Below, piece after piece: positions 1-8,221 of a stretch of DNA of 35,961 nucleotides. Under the pieces are notes generated by a model. The model saw nothing but the letters and a program-made list of their open reading frames with translations, was not told the origin of the DNA and did no database searches. The DNA lies in IMG/VR virus record IMGVR_UViG_3300011339_000677, positions 1-35,961 of that record; one strand, 5' to 3'. The stretch is from a virus. Taxonomy: Duplodnaviria; Caudoviricetes. Numbering within the stretch: the stretch's first letter is position 1; the number at the start of each line of letters is the position of its first letter. The position numbers were made by a program, and so were the translations under genes.

Positions 1-239
1 CGGCGGCTCTCAACGATGCGCGAGCTTGCTCACATGTTTCGCGTGTTGGAGCTGTCCAACCAAACGACCAATCAGGATGCAAATGGTGATAGTGCTTGAT
101 GATGGATGAGGCGATGACGGTCTTGCCGCATCCAGCAGGTGCGATGATGAGTCCATCGCTGCTCTTGGCCCACTCGACTGCTCTTTGTTGGTAGGGGCGA
201 AGCAGAAAGGCTTGCTTCGGAACGATTTCGGGATGATCT
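1..239. repeat. Terminal direct repeat, left copy (circular assembly overlap)
   Basis: 1-239 matches 35723-35961 except at positions 83 (a/g), 208 (a/c) and 216 (t/g). Confidence 0.95.
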
Positions 240-250
240 TTGGTCTGCAT
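1..250 (-). CDS. SF2 (DExH-type) helicase, N-terminal part; continues across the circular junction into 35722..34854
   Basis: Translated by hand from ATG at 250: MQTKDHPEIVPKQAFLLRPYQQRAVEWAKSSDGLIIAPAGCGKT, with Q-motif LRPYQ and Walker A APAGCGKT. Confidence 0.9.
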   Translation of the reverse strand, partial: MQTKDHPEIVPKQAFLLRPYQQRAVEWAKSSDGLIIAPAGCGKTVIASSIIKHYHHLHPDWSFGWTAPTRETCEQARASLRAA

Positions 251-294
251 AGCGTGTCGTTGCGTCTATGTTGTTTGTTAAGGACTCGTCGTCA

Positions 295-329
295 CCCCCG
301 GAGGCTGCACCCTCCGGGGGCTTTGTTTT
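295..329. terminator. GC-rich hairpin, terminator-like (T-tail on + strand)
   Basis: CCCCCGGAGG-ctgcac-CCTCCGGGGG perfect 10-bp stem followed by CTTTGTTTT, in the gap between the SSB-like and helicase genes. Confidence 0.55.
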
Positions 330-334
330 CAGGA

Positions 335-754
335 TCAGAGGTTATCGAGATCCACCGGCACCTTCTTCATGCGTTTCACGCGGAGTGTAACCTGTTCGGC
401 TCCATGCTTGTCAGTGTACTTCTCCTCTTCGAGAACGACCACCAACTGGAGACCAACGAACCCCTGTAGGAAGCGCAGGAACGCGCCACCGATGGAGAAG
501 TCGTACTGGTCACCGTCATTGATGCTGGCCTCGGTGGCACTGATGAGGGCCTGAAGCCGCCACATCTGGTTCTCTTTGAGAACGAAGCGATCGCTGACGA
601 CCTCTCCGTTTGCACCCTTAAACCGTAGGATAGCGACTGGGTTTCCGTTCTTGTCGAGGCCATCATCCTTGCAGGAGTTGACGGTGACGGTGTATTCGCC
701 GGGGGCGGCGAAAGGCTTAACTTCGGCTTGGGAACGATCGACTGTGAATTTCAT
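335..754 (-). CDS. DUF669-like putative single-stranded DNA-binding protein
   Basis: 139 aa; PGEY.V.V...KNGNP...LRF pattern typical of DUF669-like phage OB-fold proteins; follows the exonuclease/recombinase pair. Confidence 0.65.
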   Translation of the reverse strand: MKFTVDRSQAEVKPFAAPGEYTVTVNSCKDDGLDKNGNPVAILRFKGANGEVVSDRFVLKENQMWRLQALISATEASINDGDQYDFSIGGAFLRFLQGFVGLQLVVVLEEEKYTDKHGAEQVTLRVKRMKKVPVDLDNL

Positions 755-772
755 GGTTGTGTATGTTGTTTG

Positions 773-1555
773 TTATTGTTGTTCAGACTGACGGGTTGCC
801 CACAAGGGCAGAGAGAGAGTTTGTGTTGTTGAGGGATAACAAGGCCAAGAGTTGAGGGCTTGGCATTCGCGGAACGTGCGGAGTTGCTCCTCGATGATCG
901 AGTTTCCGATATCGATGGCCTGCTGATCAAGCTCGTAGCAGGCGACTCCGTAGGGCGCTTCCTTCTCGACGGCGATGAAGATAAAGCGATTGATGCCGGT
1001 AATTCGCTGATACCAAGCGGCTTGAACGTGGTATCGGAACTGAGCGACCGACTTGGAGAATGCGTTTGGAGACGCATCCTGGGTGGTCTTGAGATCGATG
1101 ATGTAATCCTTGCCGATACCATCGATGCGAGCTTTGACCTCGATGCCATCCCAGTCGGCGAAGTAGGAGACCTCAGCCTTGATGCCATCCAGTAGGCCAG
1201 CAGCAGCAGGATGGGCGTGAACCGCCGCGGCGACACCTGTGATGCTCTCCCACTGCTCTTGATTGAGCGGGGTGAATCCGTTGTCGATGATCAGTTGGTA
1301 GTCCTCCTTACCCTGCTTGGAGCGGCGATCACCGGTGAACAGCTTGTAGGTGAGGATGAACCGCTCCGGTTCCAGGACAGCGCAGTGAGCGGCTGAACCA
1401 AACTCCAGCGCGGGGCTTGTCTCGTTCTTGGTCCTGCCATCCTGCCAAGCGCGGAAGTGAGCGGGGGACTTGCGGAACTGGTCGAGACCAGATTTGGAGA
1501 GTGCCTTAGCCTCGTGGTAATCCGAGGCGGGCATGTCGTGCATGATATCAACCAT
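773..1555 (-). CDS. RecE/exonuclease VIII-like PD-(D/E)XK nuclease (DUF3799-like)
   Basis: 260 aa; YH..ALSKSGL..F.KSPAHF, G.A.H.AVLEP, KARID, IIDLKTT and YHVQAAWY motifs. Confidence 0.9.
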   Translation of the reverse strand: MVDIMHDMPASDYHEAKALSKSGLDQFRKSPAHFRAWQDGRTKNETSPALEFGSAAHCAVLEPERFILTYKLFTGDRRSKQGKEDYQLIIDNGFTPLNQEQWESITGVAAAVHAHPAAAGLLDGIKAEVSYFADWDGIEVKARIDGIGKDYIIDLKTTQDASPNAFSKSVAQFRYHVQAAWYQRITGINRFIFIAVEKEAPYGVACYELDQQAIDIGNSIIEEQLRTFRECQALNSWPCYPSTTQTLSLPLWATRQSEQQ

Positions 1556-2330
1556 TGGAAACCTCCGTGGTCACGATCTCGGGGCTGACGATGACCGGCA
1601 GCTTGGAGAGGATCAGGTCAGGCTTGGCGATGTACTTGGAGGCGTAGGCATCCGGCAGATCGCGGAAGGTCTGGCCCTCGCTGATTCGATTGGCCTTCTG
1701 GAGGATAGCGTTGACCTCCTCCTCACGATCCTCGAATAGGGCTTCGAGCTTGGCCGTGATGTCGAAGCTCTTGGTAGGAGCGGCTGCGACTTCAGCGATA
1801 GCAGGCTGGAAGTCCTCGGTCTCTTCCGGGGTATAGATCCCGGCGACCACTTCAGGAGCGAGCATGCGAACCGCCTTGCTGATGCACCGAGCGCGGAGCA
1901 TGGCGGAGGGATCCTTGGCCCACCCGGAACCGGGTTTGGCTGGGAGCAGGCCAGCGAGCTTGGCATCCTCGATGGAGAACCCGATCTCACAGGAATTCCC
2001 ATCGTAGGTGAAGAGAGCGACAGCCGCCCTCGTGTCGAACTGCTTCCAGAGAACCTTGCCACCACGGGCGCGGTATCCGGCGAGCATGGCATCGGAGCGC
2101 ATGCTCAAGCTGCCGTTGATGATGTGGTACTCGCGCTTGAAGTCGAACGGGGTCTTGCGTTCAGCAGCGCACTGCCACGCGATGAGCTTTCCTTGTTCAA
2201 CCTTGGTGCATCCCAGCATGCCGCTGGAAGCGATCCACTCGCCCATCTTCTCGATGGCGGTGATGGGGTCCGAGATCTTATCGTACATCTCGGAGGATGG
2301 TTGTTGCGTTGTCGTTGCGATTGCGTTCAT
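1548..2330 (-). CDS. RecT/Bet-like single-strand annealing protein
   Basis: 260 aa; W.K.P.AML..R.IS.AVR.LAP....GIYTPEE signature; adjacent to the RecE-like gene. Confidence 0.8.
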   Translation of the reverse strand: MNAIATTTQQPSSEMYDKISDPITAIEKMGEWIASSGMLGCTKVEQGKLIAWQCAAERKTPFDFKREYHIINGSLSMRSDAMLAGYRARGGKVLWKQFDTRAAVALFTYDGNSCEIGFSIEDAKLAGLLPAKPGSGWAKDPSAMLRARCISKAVRMLAPEVVAGIYTPEETEDFQPAIAEVAAAPTKSFDITAKLEALFEDREEEVNAILQKANRISEGQTFRDLPDAYASKYIAKPDLILSKLPVIVSPEIVTTEVSNG

Positions 2331-2500
2331 GGGTTTTGTTGCCGTAGCATTTCTTCGATTACGTCGGAGCGGACACGGATCGTGCGCTTGGTAGCCTTGA
2401 TGGCCGGTAGCTTACCTCCGCGGATCCATCGACGAACGGTCTCGGGATGAGTCCCGAGAGCCGAAGCGATCTCTCGCACAGTCAGTAGTCTTACGCTCAC
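2327..2500 (-). CDS. Excisionase-like (HTH_17/MerR-type) DNA-binding protein
   Basis: 57 aa from GTG at 2500: LLTVREIASALGTHPETVRRWIRGGKLPA...IRV; ATGA overlap with the RecT-like gene. Confidence 0.85.
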   Translation of the reverse strand: MSVRLLTVREIASALGTHPETVRRWIRGGKLPAIKATKRTIRVRSDVIEEMLRQQNP

Positions 2501-2502
2501 GG

Positions 2503-2546
2503 GACGACTGTCGTCTAGAGTCGTCTTCCGTGCAAGAGAATTCTTG
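2503..2546 (-). promoter_or_regulatory. Putative promoter with operator-like inverted repeats for the replication operon
   Basis: Minus strand TTGCAC-17 bp-GACAGT, 6 nt before the GTG; inverted repeat GACGACT(2503-2509)/AGTCGTC(2519-2525); near-palindrome GCAAGAGAATTCTTGC (2532-2547 region). Confidence 0.45.
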
Positions 2547-2552
2547 CGAAAT

Positions 2553-5189
2553 TTATTCGGACTCGTCGTCGCCGGCGTATCGGCGGAGGAGCTGAATCTG
2601 CTGCGGCTGAGGTTTTTCCGCGATTTGCTTAAGTAAACCGTAGAACTGCTTGCGATCCCTGAGTCCGCTGACACCAGCTCCTTTTGCAAGAATCCTGGAC
2701 CAGTAAGCGTATCCCAAGGTGCTGCCTAACTTGCTGGCCAAGCTGACGGCGGGCTTAACCAAATCACCACTTGCCATCTGAATTGGAGCCTCCAGAGCGG
2801 CTTTGCCAAGTCGTTCGACCGCGGCCCCGCGAACCGTTGATCCGGCCATACCTGCCGCTTCCCGCGCAGTTTCCATCACTCGGAATCCTGGCATGAAGAC
2901 ATCATCAAGGGTCTTCAGTAGTTTCGGCCCGATAATCAACTCAACTTTCCCACGCATCTCCGGGTTGGTCAGCTCGATCAATGACCCGAGGTTGGGTTTT
3001 GGACCGGTTTTGCTGGCTTCCAAAAGGATGTTCTCAATTTCCCTAGCACGGATGTTCAGGAGGGTATCCCCGGCTGCTTTCGACCCCTTAATGGCCTGCT
3101 TTTCAAGGGACTTCAACACTGAGTCTACAGTCGCAAGGTCAGGGAGCGTTTGAACCGCTCTGGATGCGACGGCAAAGCCGGCAGGAGTGCCGCTCTTGAG
3201 AAGATCAAGCACAACCTCTGGACCCTTGACTGTGGCCGGATCGAGGTTCTGCATGTATCGAACGAACCGATTGAGTTCCTGAGTAGTTCCGAACCCAAGT
3301 TTCTGGAGACCAGATCCGCCCTGCTGAGCGATGTTGTTGAGATCGCTGGCCAACGTTATGAGGTTAAACTTACCTGTCGCCTTGTCGATTGCTCTATCGA
3401 CGATCCCAGAGCGGATGTCATCGATGATCGGCTGCATGCTTGGGGCATTGGCAACACCGCGCTTTTGAAGAGTCGAAAACAGATCTTCAAGATTGGAAAA
3501 CTCGGGTGCCAATACGCCTTGAGCTTTGACTCCTGCGACAGCAGCTTGGCCCATCTGGCCTCGCTCCATCGTCTCAGGTGCAAACGCTCGCTTCACACCG
3601 AAAACGTCGAGCTTGGGCCTTGTGGCTCCATAGAACTCTTCGCCTGCTTTGATTGAGTCGGCCACATCCTGCCCCAAAGTCCTAGGAGCCTGATCGGTGA
3701 CGGTATCAGAAAGACTTCTAGCGAGTCGTCGAATCTCTGCCTGTGCTTTGTTTCCAATCGCTTCGCCAGAGAAGTCAGCAAAATCGTACAGCTCATCGCG
3801 AATCTCTTGGATTTCTTTGAATGTAGCGAGTTGAGGGCTTGAAACAGTAAGAGGAGCGGTTGGATCAGCAGAATACGGTGCCGCGACAGTCCTCTTTCTC
3901 CCAAGTATTTTCCGAACGTCAGCGAGCGTAGACGTTGAGATCCCTGGTATCTTGTTAATGATATCGTTGGCTCGATCAGCAAAAGACGGCTGGTTCCCAA
4001 CTCCAGCAAACAAATCAAATGCAGGAACGTCTTCGACAGCATTGGCATTTCCGTATAGTCGGCGGGCTTCAGTACGGATCGCTTCTTTCGCCTGATTGGC
4101 CACGCTTTCAATGCGTTGGCCTGCCGGAACCGCTTGATAAGGTGCGACAGCTCCGGTCCTCATTCCACCCTTGAGCGTCTCAACCTCAACGGCCCTTTGG
4201 AACGATTGTTGAGCCTCTGCAAGCGCATCTTGAGCGATGTTTTTCTGGGCTGCTGAACGAGCGCGTTCAACGGCTAGAAACGCATCATTCACACCTTGAG
4301 CTTCGTTGGCCAACCTAGCACCAGTTTCAGGGCTAAGACCTCCAATGGTTTGAGCCACTCTGCTTACGAGATCTGAGTGAGCCTCGGCAGGGATTCCGGT
4401 AACCCGCTGAACTGCGTTCGCAACAGCTCTGGATTGCTCAAGAAGCTGTTGGTTAAGTTCCTGACTTCCAGTCTGTGAAGCAACACGAGCTTCAAGACCA
4501 GCGAACTCTGGGAAAGCCTGACCGAAAGTTGCTTGGATTTGACCTGGAGCAATCCTCTCTATGTCTTGAGAGCGGATTATACCTCCAGTCAGCCTTTGGC
4601 GATTTGCTCCAAGCAATGTGCTACCACCCTGAAGTAGGCCAGCCGGAGTTGCGCCATACAGGAATTCTTGAGCGCCGCTTTTAAGGCCAGTAACCTTACC
4701 TTCCGCTGTTCCACCAAGCAGGCCAGCGAGTCCAGCTCCTCCAACCGTCTTAGCTAGAGCGGCTGATCCTTTGAAAACAGGAGCGGCACCACGAATGAAC
4801 GCTCCTGCGATCTCACCTTTTCGATAATCTCCATCTTCAAAAGTTTGTGCGCCCGTTTCTCCAAGAGCAGCCGAAGTTGATCCTGCTGCGATTTGAATAG
4901 GAATACTAGCTCCTCCAGTAGCAATTCCAACGGCAAGAGGAACTCCATATCGAAGCGAGGCTTTTCCAAGATCTCGCATCTTTTCCTTTTGAATTGCAGC
5001 AGCCTCATCCATTGCCTCTGCACCAATGGTTTCTTTGGTAGGAGGCATGAATGCCCCAGAAGCCATCTGGTATCTTCCAATTGTAGCGGCTCGTTGTTCG
5101 GAAGTAGGCTCCGCTTCTAAACGGGATATCTCACGTTCAATCTCAGCAAGTCTTGCGAGTGCTTCTTCTCTGGAGAGTTGATCGGCCAT
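2553..5189 (-). CDS. Large putative internal virion / DNA ejection protein
   Basis: 878 aa, Ala/Gly/Gln-rich helical, glycine-zipper-like hydrophobic N-terminal stretch, last gene of the structural operon as in podovirus ejectosome blocks. Confidence 0.55.
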   Translation of the reverse strand: MADQLSREEALARLAEIEREISRLEAEPTSEQRAATIGRYQMASGAFMPPTKETIGAEAMDEAAAIQKEKMRDLGKASLRYGVPLAVGIATGGASIPIQIAAGSTSAALGETGAQTFEDGDYRKGEIAGAFIRGAAPVFKGSAALAKTVGGAGLAGLLGGTAEGKVTGLKSGAQEFLYGATPAGLLQGGSTLLGANRQRLTGGIIRSQDIERIAPGQIQATFGQAFPEFAGLEARVASQTGSQELNQQLLEQSRAVANAVQRVTGIPAEAHSDLVSRVAQTIGGLSPETGARLANEAQGVNDAFLAVERARSAAQKNIAQDALAEAQQSFQRAVEVETLKGGMRTGAVAPYQAVPAGQRIESVANQAKEAIRTEARRLYGNANAVEDVPAFDLFAGVGNQPSFADRANDIINKIPGISTSTLADVRKILGRKRTVAAPYSADPTAPLTVSSPQLATFKEIQEIRDELYDFADFSGEAIGNKAQAEIRRLARSLSDTVTDQAPRTLGQDVADSIKAGEEFYGATRPKLDVFGVKRAFAPETMERGQMGQAAVAGVKAQGVLAPEFSNLEDLFSTLQKRGVANAPSMQPIIDDIRSGIVDRAIDKATGKFNLITLASDLNNIAQQGGSGLQKLGFGTTQELNRFVRYMQNLDPATVKGPEVVLDLLKSGTPAGFAVASRAVQTLPDLATVDSVLKSLEKQAIKGSKAAGDTLLNIRAREIENILLEASKTGPKPNLGSLIELTNPEMRGKVELIIGPKLLKTLDDVFMPGFRVMETAREAAGMAGSTVRGAAVERLGKAALEAPIQMASGDLVKPAVSLASKLGSTLGYAYWSRILAKGAGVSGLRDRKQFYGLLKQIAEKPQPQQIQLLRRYAGDDESE

Positions 5190-5193
5190 AATG

Positions 5194-6732
5194 TTAGCGA
5201 TTTATTGCAGGAGTGTTGGTTGCTCCGAGCGATTTGCGAATATCTTCCGCCTGCTGTTTAAGATCTTGAAGGCGATCTACTTTGCTGGATGGCTTAAGGG
5301 TTGGATAGAAAGAGTTCCTATAATCGTTATAAGCCTTCTTCTGAGCGATAATTTTTGAAACAACCGGCTCATTGATTGATTTCCCAGCATCCAGATAGAA
5401 CGTGACAGGATCGTTTTGTTGAACCCGATCAATGAACTGGATAGCCCTATTGAAGAAGTCCTTGTCGGTGGGAGTACCAAACGAAATGTTCGCGCTTTCT
5501 TGTTCTCCGGAAGTAAGCGATGCACCGAATAGGGTCTTTCTTGGACCCTGCCTGAATGCCTCGTATTCCTGAACCAACGCTCTCGCCAATTCTCTTTCGG
5601 CGTCGCTTTCAAAGAACTTGGAACCCTTGGTGTTAATCGCGTTAGCAATTGTCCCAAAGTTGTTCTCCTGAAACTTTTTCAATCCACCCGGCTGTTTTGC
5701 TACATCAGCAAGAAGCCTTGCGAAGTTGTTTCCGACCTGAAGCGATTCGGCGTATGATTTAACATTGTCCAACTCCTTGGCTTCAAGCTTAGGGCCAAGC
5801 CCAATAGCAGCTTGCCATTTTGGACTATCTGTTATGGCTTTGCCTACGAGAGCTGAATCAGCGTACAAAGCCTGAAGGTTTTCAGGCTTGGTTCTTTCTT
5901 CAAACGGAAGATTGAGAATCCCCATAGTGCGAGTAAACGCACTAGCTTGGGCTTCTTTGTTTTGAAGCGTCTTGGTTTTATCCAACTCATCGTTTGCTCG
6001 CTTGAGAATCGATTTTGCTGCGGAAGCTGGAAGGTTTTGCATATCTGCATCGGACCTGCCTCCAAATGCTTGCAGACCCGGATACTGAGCGTACAAATCA
6101 ATGACATTAGCTTTATCATCTTCCTGTCTCATTTGAGTCGGAATCTGACTTTGAGCCGCCATTCTTACGCTCTCAAGCTGACCCTCAAGCTCACCAGTCG
6201 AAGCGCCAGGAGTAGGAGTTTTTCCAAATCCACGAATCTTCTCTGCGGTTTTAGTGCGGCTGATATCCTCCAGAGCAGTTGCTTCAGCCCTTCTCTTTTC
6301 CAATTCAGCTTGAGACTGAGCCGCTGAAATTTGGAATGCGGGATCAAATTGAAGTTTAGACCGATAAGGGCCGGTGGGGCTTTGAACACCTTCGATAGCT
6401 CCCTCTGCTGTAGCTAGAGTCTTACGAAGAGACTTGTTCCTGAAGTCGGCCATCTTCTCAGCAAGCGTTGCTCCAGTGGGTTGTTCGATCCCAGTCTGGA
6501 GAGCGTTGATCATCAACTGACGCTCCAGCATGCGCTGCTCATCCCGCTTGCCAAACTCCTCCTGTAGCAACGCCTGACGCGCTCTAGCAGCTTCCTGAGC
6601 CCTTTGAGTGCTTCCGCTGATCTGGCCGGCCAATCCACCAGTCAGGACGTTGAAGATATTGGAAGCGACACCGGGGCGGTATCTAGCTTGTGTCTCAATA
6701 TCAGCAGGGTCGAAATAATTAGGGGTAGCCAT
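5194..6732 (-). CDS. Putative internal virion / ejection protein
   Basis: 512 aa, Ala/Gln/Glu/Lys-rich coiled-coil character; position after tail genes. Confidence 0.5.
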   Translation of the reverse strand: MATPNYFDPADIETQARYRPGVASNIFNVLTGGLAGQISGSTQRAQEAARARQALLQEEFGKRDEQRMLERQLMINALQTGIEQPTGATLAEKMADFRNKSLRKTLATAEGAIEGVQSPTGPYRSKLQFDPAFQISAAQSQAELEKRRAEATALEDISRTKTAEKIRGFGKTPTPGASTGELEGQLESVRMAAQSQIPTQMRQEDDKANVIDLYAQYPGLQAFGGRSDADMQNLPASAAKSILKRANDELDKTKTLQNKEAQASAFTRTMGILNLPFEERTKPENLQALYADSALVGKAITDSPKWQAAIGLGPKLEAKELDNVKSYAESLQVGNNFARLLADVAKQPGGLKKFQENNFGTIANAINTKGSKFFESDAERELARALVQEYEAFRQGPRKTLFGASLTSGEQESANISFGTPTDKDFFNRAIQFIDRVQQNDPVTFYLDAGKSINEPVVSKIIAQKKAYNDYRNSFYPTLKPSSKVDRLQDLKQQAEDIRKSLGATNTPAINR

Positions 6733-6735
6733 AGA

Positions 6736-7173
6736 TCAGTAGCCTCCAGCGAAAGTGTTCTTCTTACGAATTGTTCCGGGTGCGACGGGCATTGGTGCCG
6801 CGCTGCGGTCAGGGTTGAGTTCGCTTCCCACCGGTTCCTCGACGGGAGCGATGCCGTAGCCTTTCATGCGTTCCATCATGCGCCTCTGAAGTTCATCCTC
6901 CCGGATCTGCTGCATGGCCAACGCCCGCTGTTCGAGCTTCTCATCCATGCCGGTGGCTTTTCCATAGAGACCACCGGTGAGAAGGTTCCCGAGCCGATCC
7001 ATGATGCTGGGATCGTACTTGGCGGCTTCGCGAACCAGCTCCGGATTGGCGCGGAACGCTTCGGCCTCGGCTAGACGCTGACGCTCAAGCTCCTGATCTC
7101 GACCAGAGAGTTGATTGTACAGGCCAGCGGTGGCGAAGTTCGCAGCGTTCTGTAGGAAGTTCTCGAAAGCCAT
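6736..7173 (-). CDS. Hypothetical virion-associated protein with duplicated N.xT.GL motif
   Basis: 145 aa, tightly packed between neighbours; NFATAGLYNQLSG and NLLTGGLYGKATG. Confidence 0.6.
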   Translation of the reverse strand: MAFENFLQNAANFATAGLYNQLSGRDQELERQRLAEAEAFRANPELVREAAKYDPSIMDRLGNLLTGGLYGKATGMDEKLEQRALAMQQIREDELQRRMMERMKGYGIAPVEEPVGSELNPDRSAAPMPVAPGTIRKKNTFAGGY

Positions 7174-7177
7174 AGTG

Positions 7178-8218
7178 TTACTCCATCAACGATCTACCTG
7201 CGCCTCTTCCCCGGAGGACGCGCATAGCCGCGGCGAGGATCTCATCGGGGTCGTAGTTGATATCCTTGAAGTATCCGGGAGCAAGCCTTTCAACAGTCCT
7301 GCGAGGGGGAATCGGAACCTCCGTGGGCATGTTGAACGGACGCACGATTGATTCCCTGTAACTGGGAGTAACAGGCACTCTCGATGGAGCGGTCGCTAGA
7401 TAGCTTGTGTCCTGAAAGGTGACCTTTGGCTTATCAAGCGGAACCAGACCCGGAGTGGGTGGCTTTGCCTCGACAGTGCCGGGAACACCAGTGTTCTCGA
7501 CATAGTATGGCTTCTCATCTCCTTTGACAGGATTCGTAACAACACCGCTAAAAATGTTGGTATCAACATCTTCGACCTTTGGGATGGAGGTTTCAGGGAG
7601 AGGATTTACAACAGTCGATACTGGAGGCTGTTGTAGGTCCATCGTGCCTTCCCTGATGTACCGATCCCTGTTCTCGGGGGTAATCAGGCTGATCCCAGAG
7701 CCTTCACCCTCACTGCTATAGGTAGCTTCTTGGGGGGCAGGAGTCGGGGTTGGCTGAGGAGTAGGCTGAGAAACCGGAACAGGAGCCGGAGCAGGAGCCG
7801 GCGTGAACGTCAAGACGTTGCTGAGGTCTACGGGAGGACGATAAACCTCGGTCCATCGAGTTGGCCCACCAGTGTACGGAGTCGGTTCAGGGGTCGGCTC
7901 TGGCGTCGAGTAGTAGCTCAGCGGATCGACAGGAGGCTGAGCGTATCCGGATGCGGTTACTGGACCGAACTTGGGGGTTGGAGGGGTAGAGAGATCGACT
8001 GCTGGCCTATTGTATTCCCAATCATCGATCTGCCAGTCCCAACGATTTCCAGCGTTATCGACATATTCATCTCCAACTCGGAGTCCACCCGTGCCAGGGA
8101 TAACGGCTCCCCATGGAAGGTACTGGTCGCCGGCAAGATATAGCTTCTGAGGCGTCTGACTTGGAGGAGCTGGCTCCGTTTCAGAACCTGACGTATCTGT
8201 GCTGGTATCTTTTGCCAT
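7178..8218 (-). CDS. Pro/Thr-rich, probably disordered hypothetical protein
   Basis: 346 aa; TPEPTPEPTP, PAPAPAPVPV, PTPQPTPTPAP; fills the gap between neighbours with 3-4 nt spacers. Confidence 0.7.
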   Translation of the reverse strand: MAKDTSTDTSGSETEPAPPSQTPQKLYLAGDQYLPWGAVIPGTGGLRVGDEYVDNAGNRWDWQIDDWEYNRPAVDLSTPPTPKFGPVTASGYAQPPVDPLSYYSTPEPTPEPTPYTGGPTRWTEVYRPPVDLSNVLTFTPAPAPAPVPVSQPTPQPTPTPAPQEATYSSEGEGSGISLITPENRDRYIREGTMDLQQPPVSTVVNPLPETSIPKVEDVDTNIFSGVVTNPVKGDEKPYYVENTGVPGTVEAKPPTPGLVPLDKPKVTFQDTSYLATAPSRVPVTPSYRESIVRPFNMPTEVPIPPRRTVERLAPGYFKDINYDPDEILAAAMRVLRGRGAGRSLME

Positions 8219-8221
8219 AGA

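Noticed and set aside
2501-2689. N-terminal extension of the HTH ORF to 2689
   Set aside because: Overlaps the 878-aa gene and the putative promoter; the HTH domain begins at the GTG at 2500.
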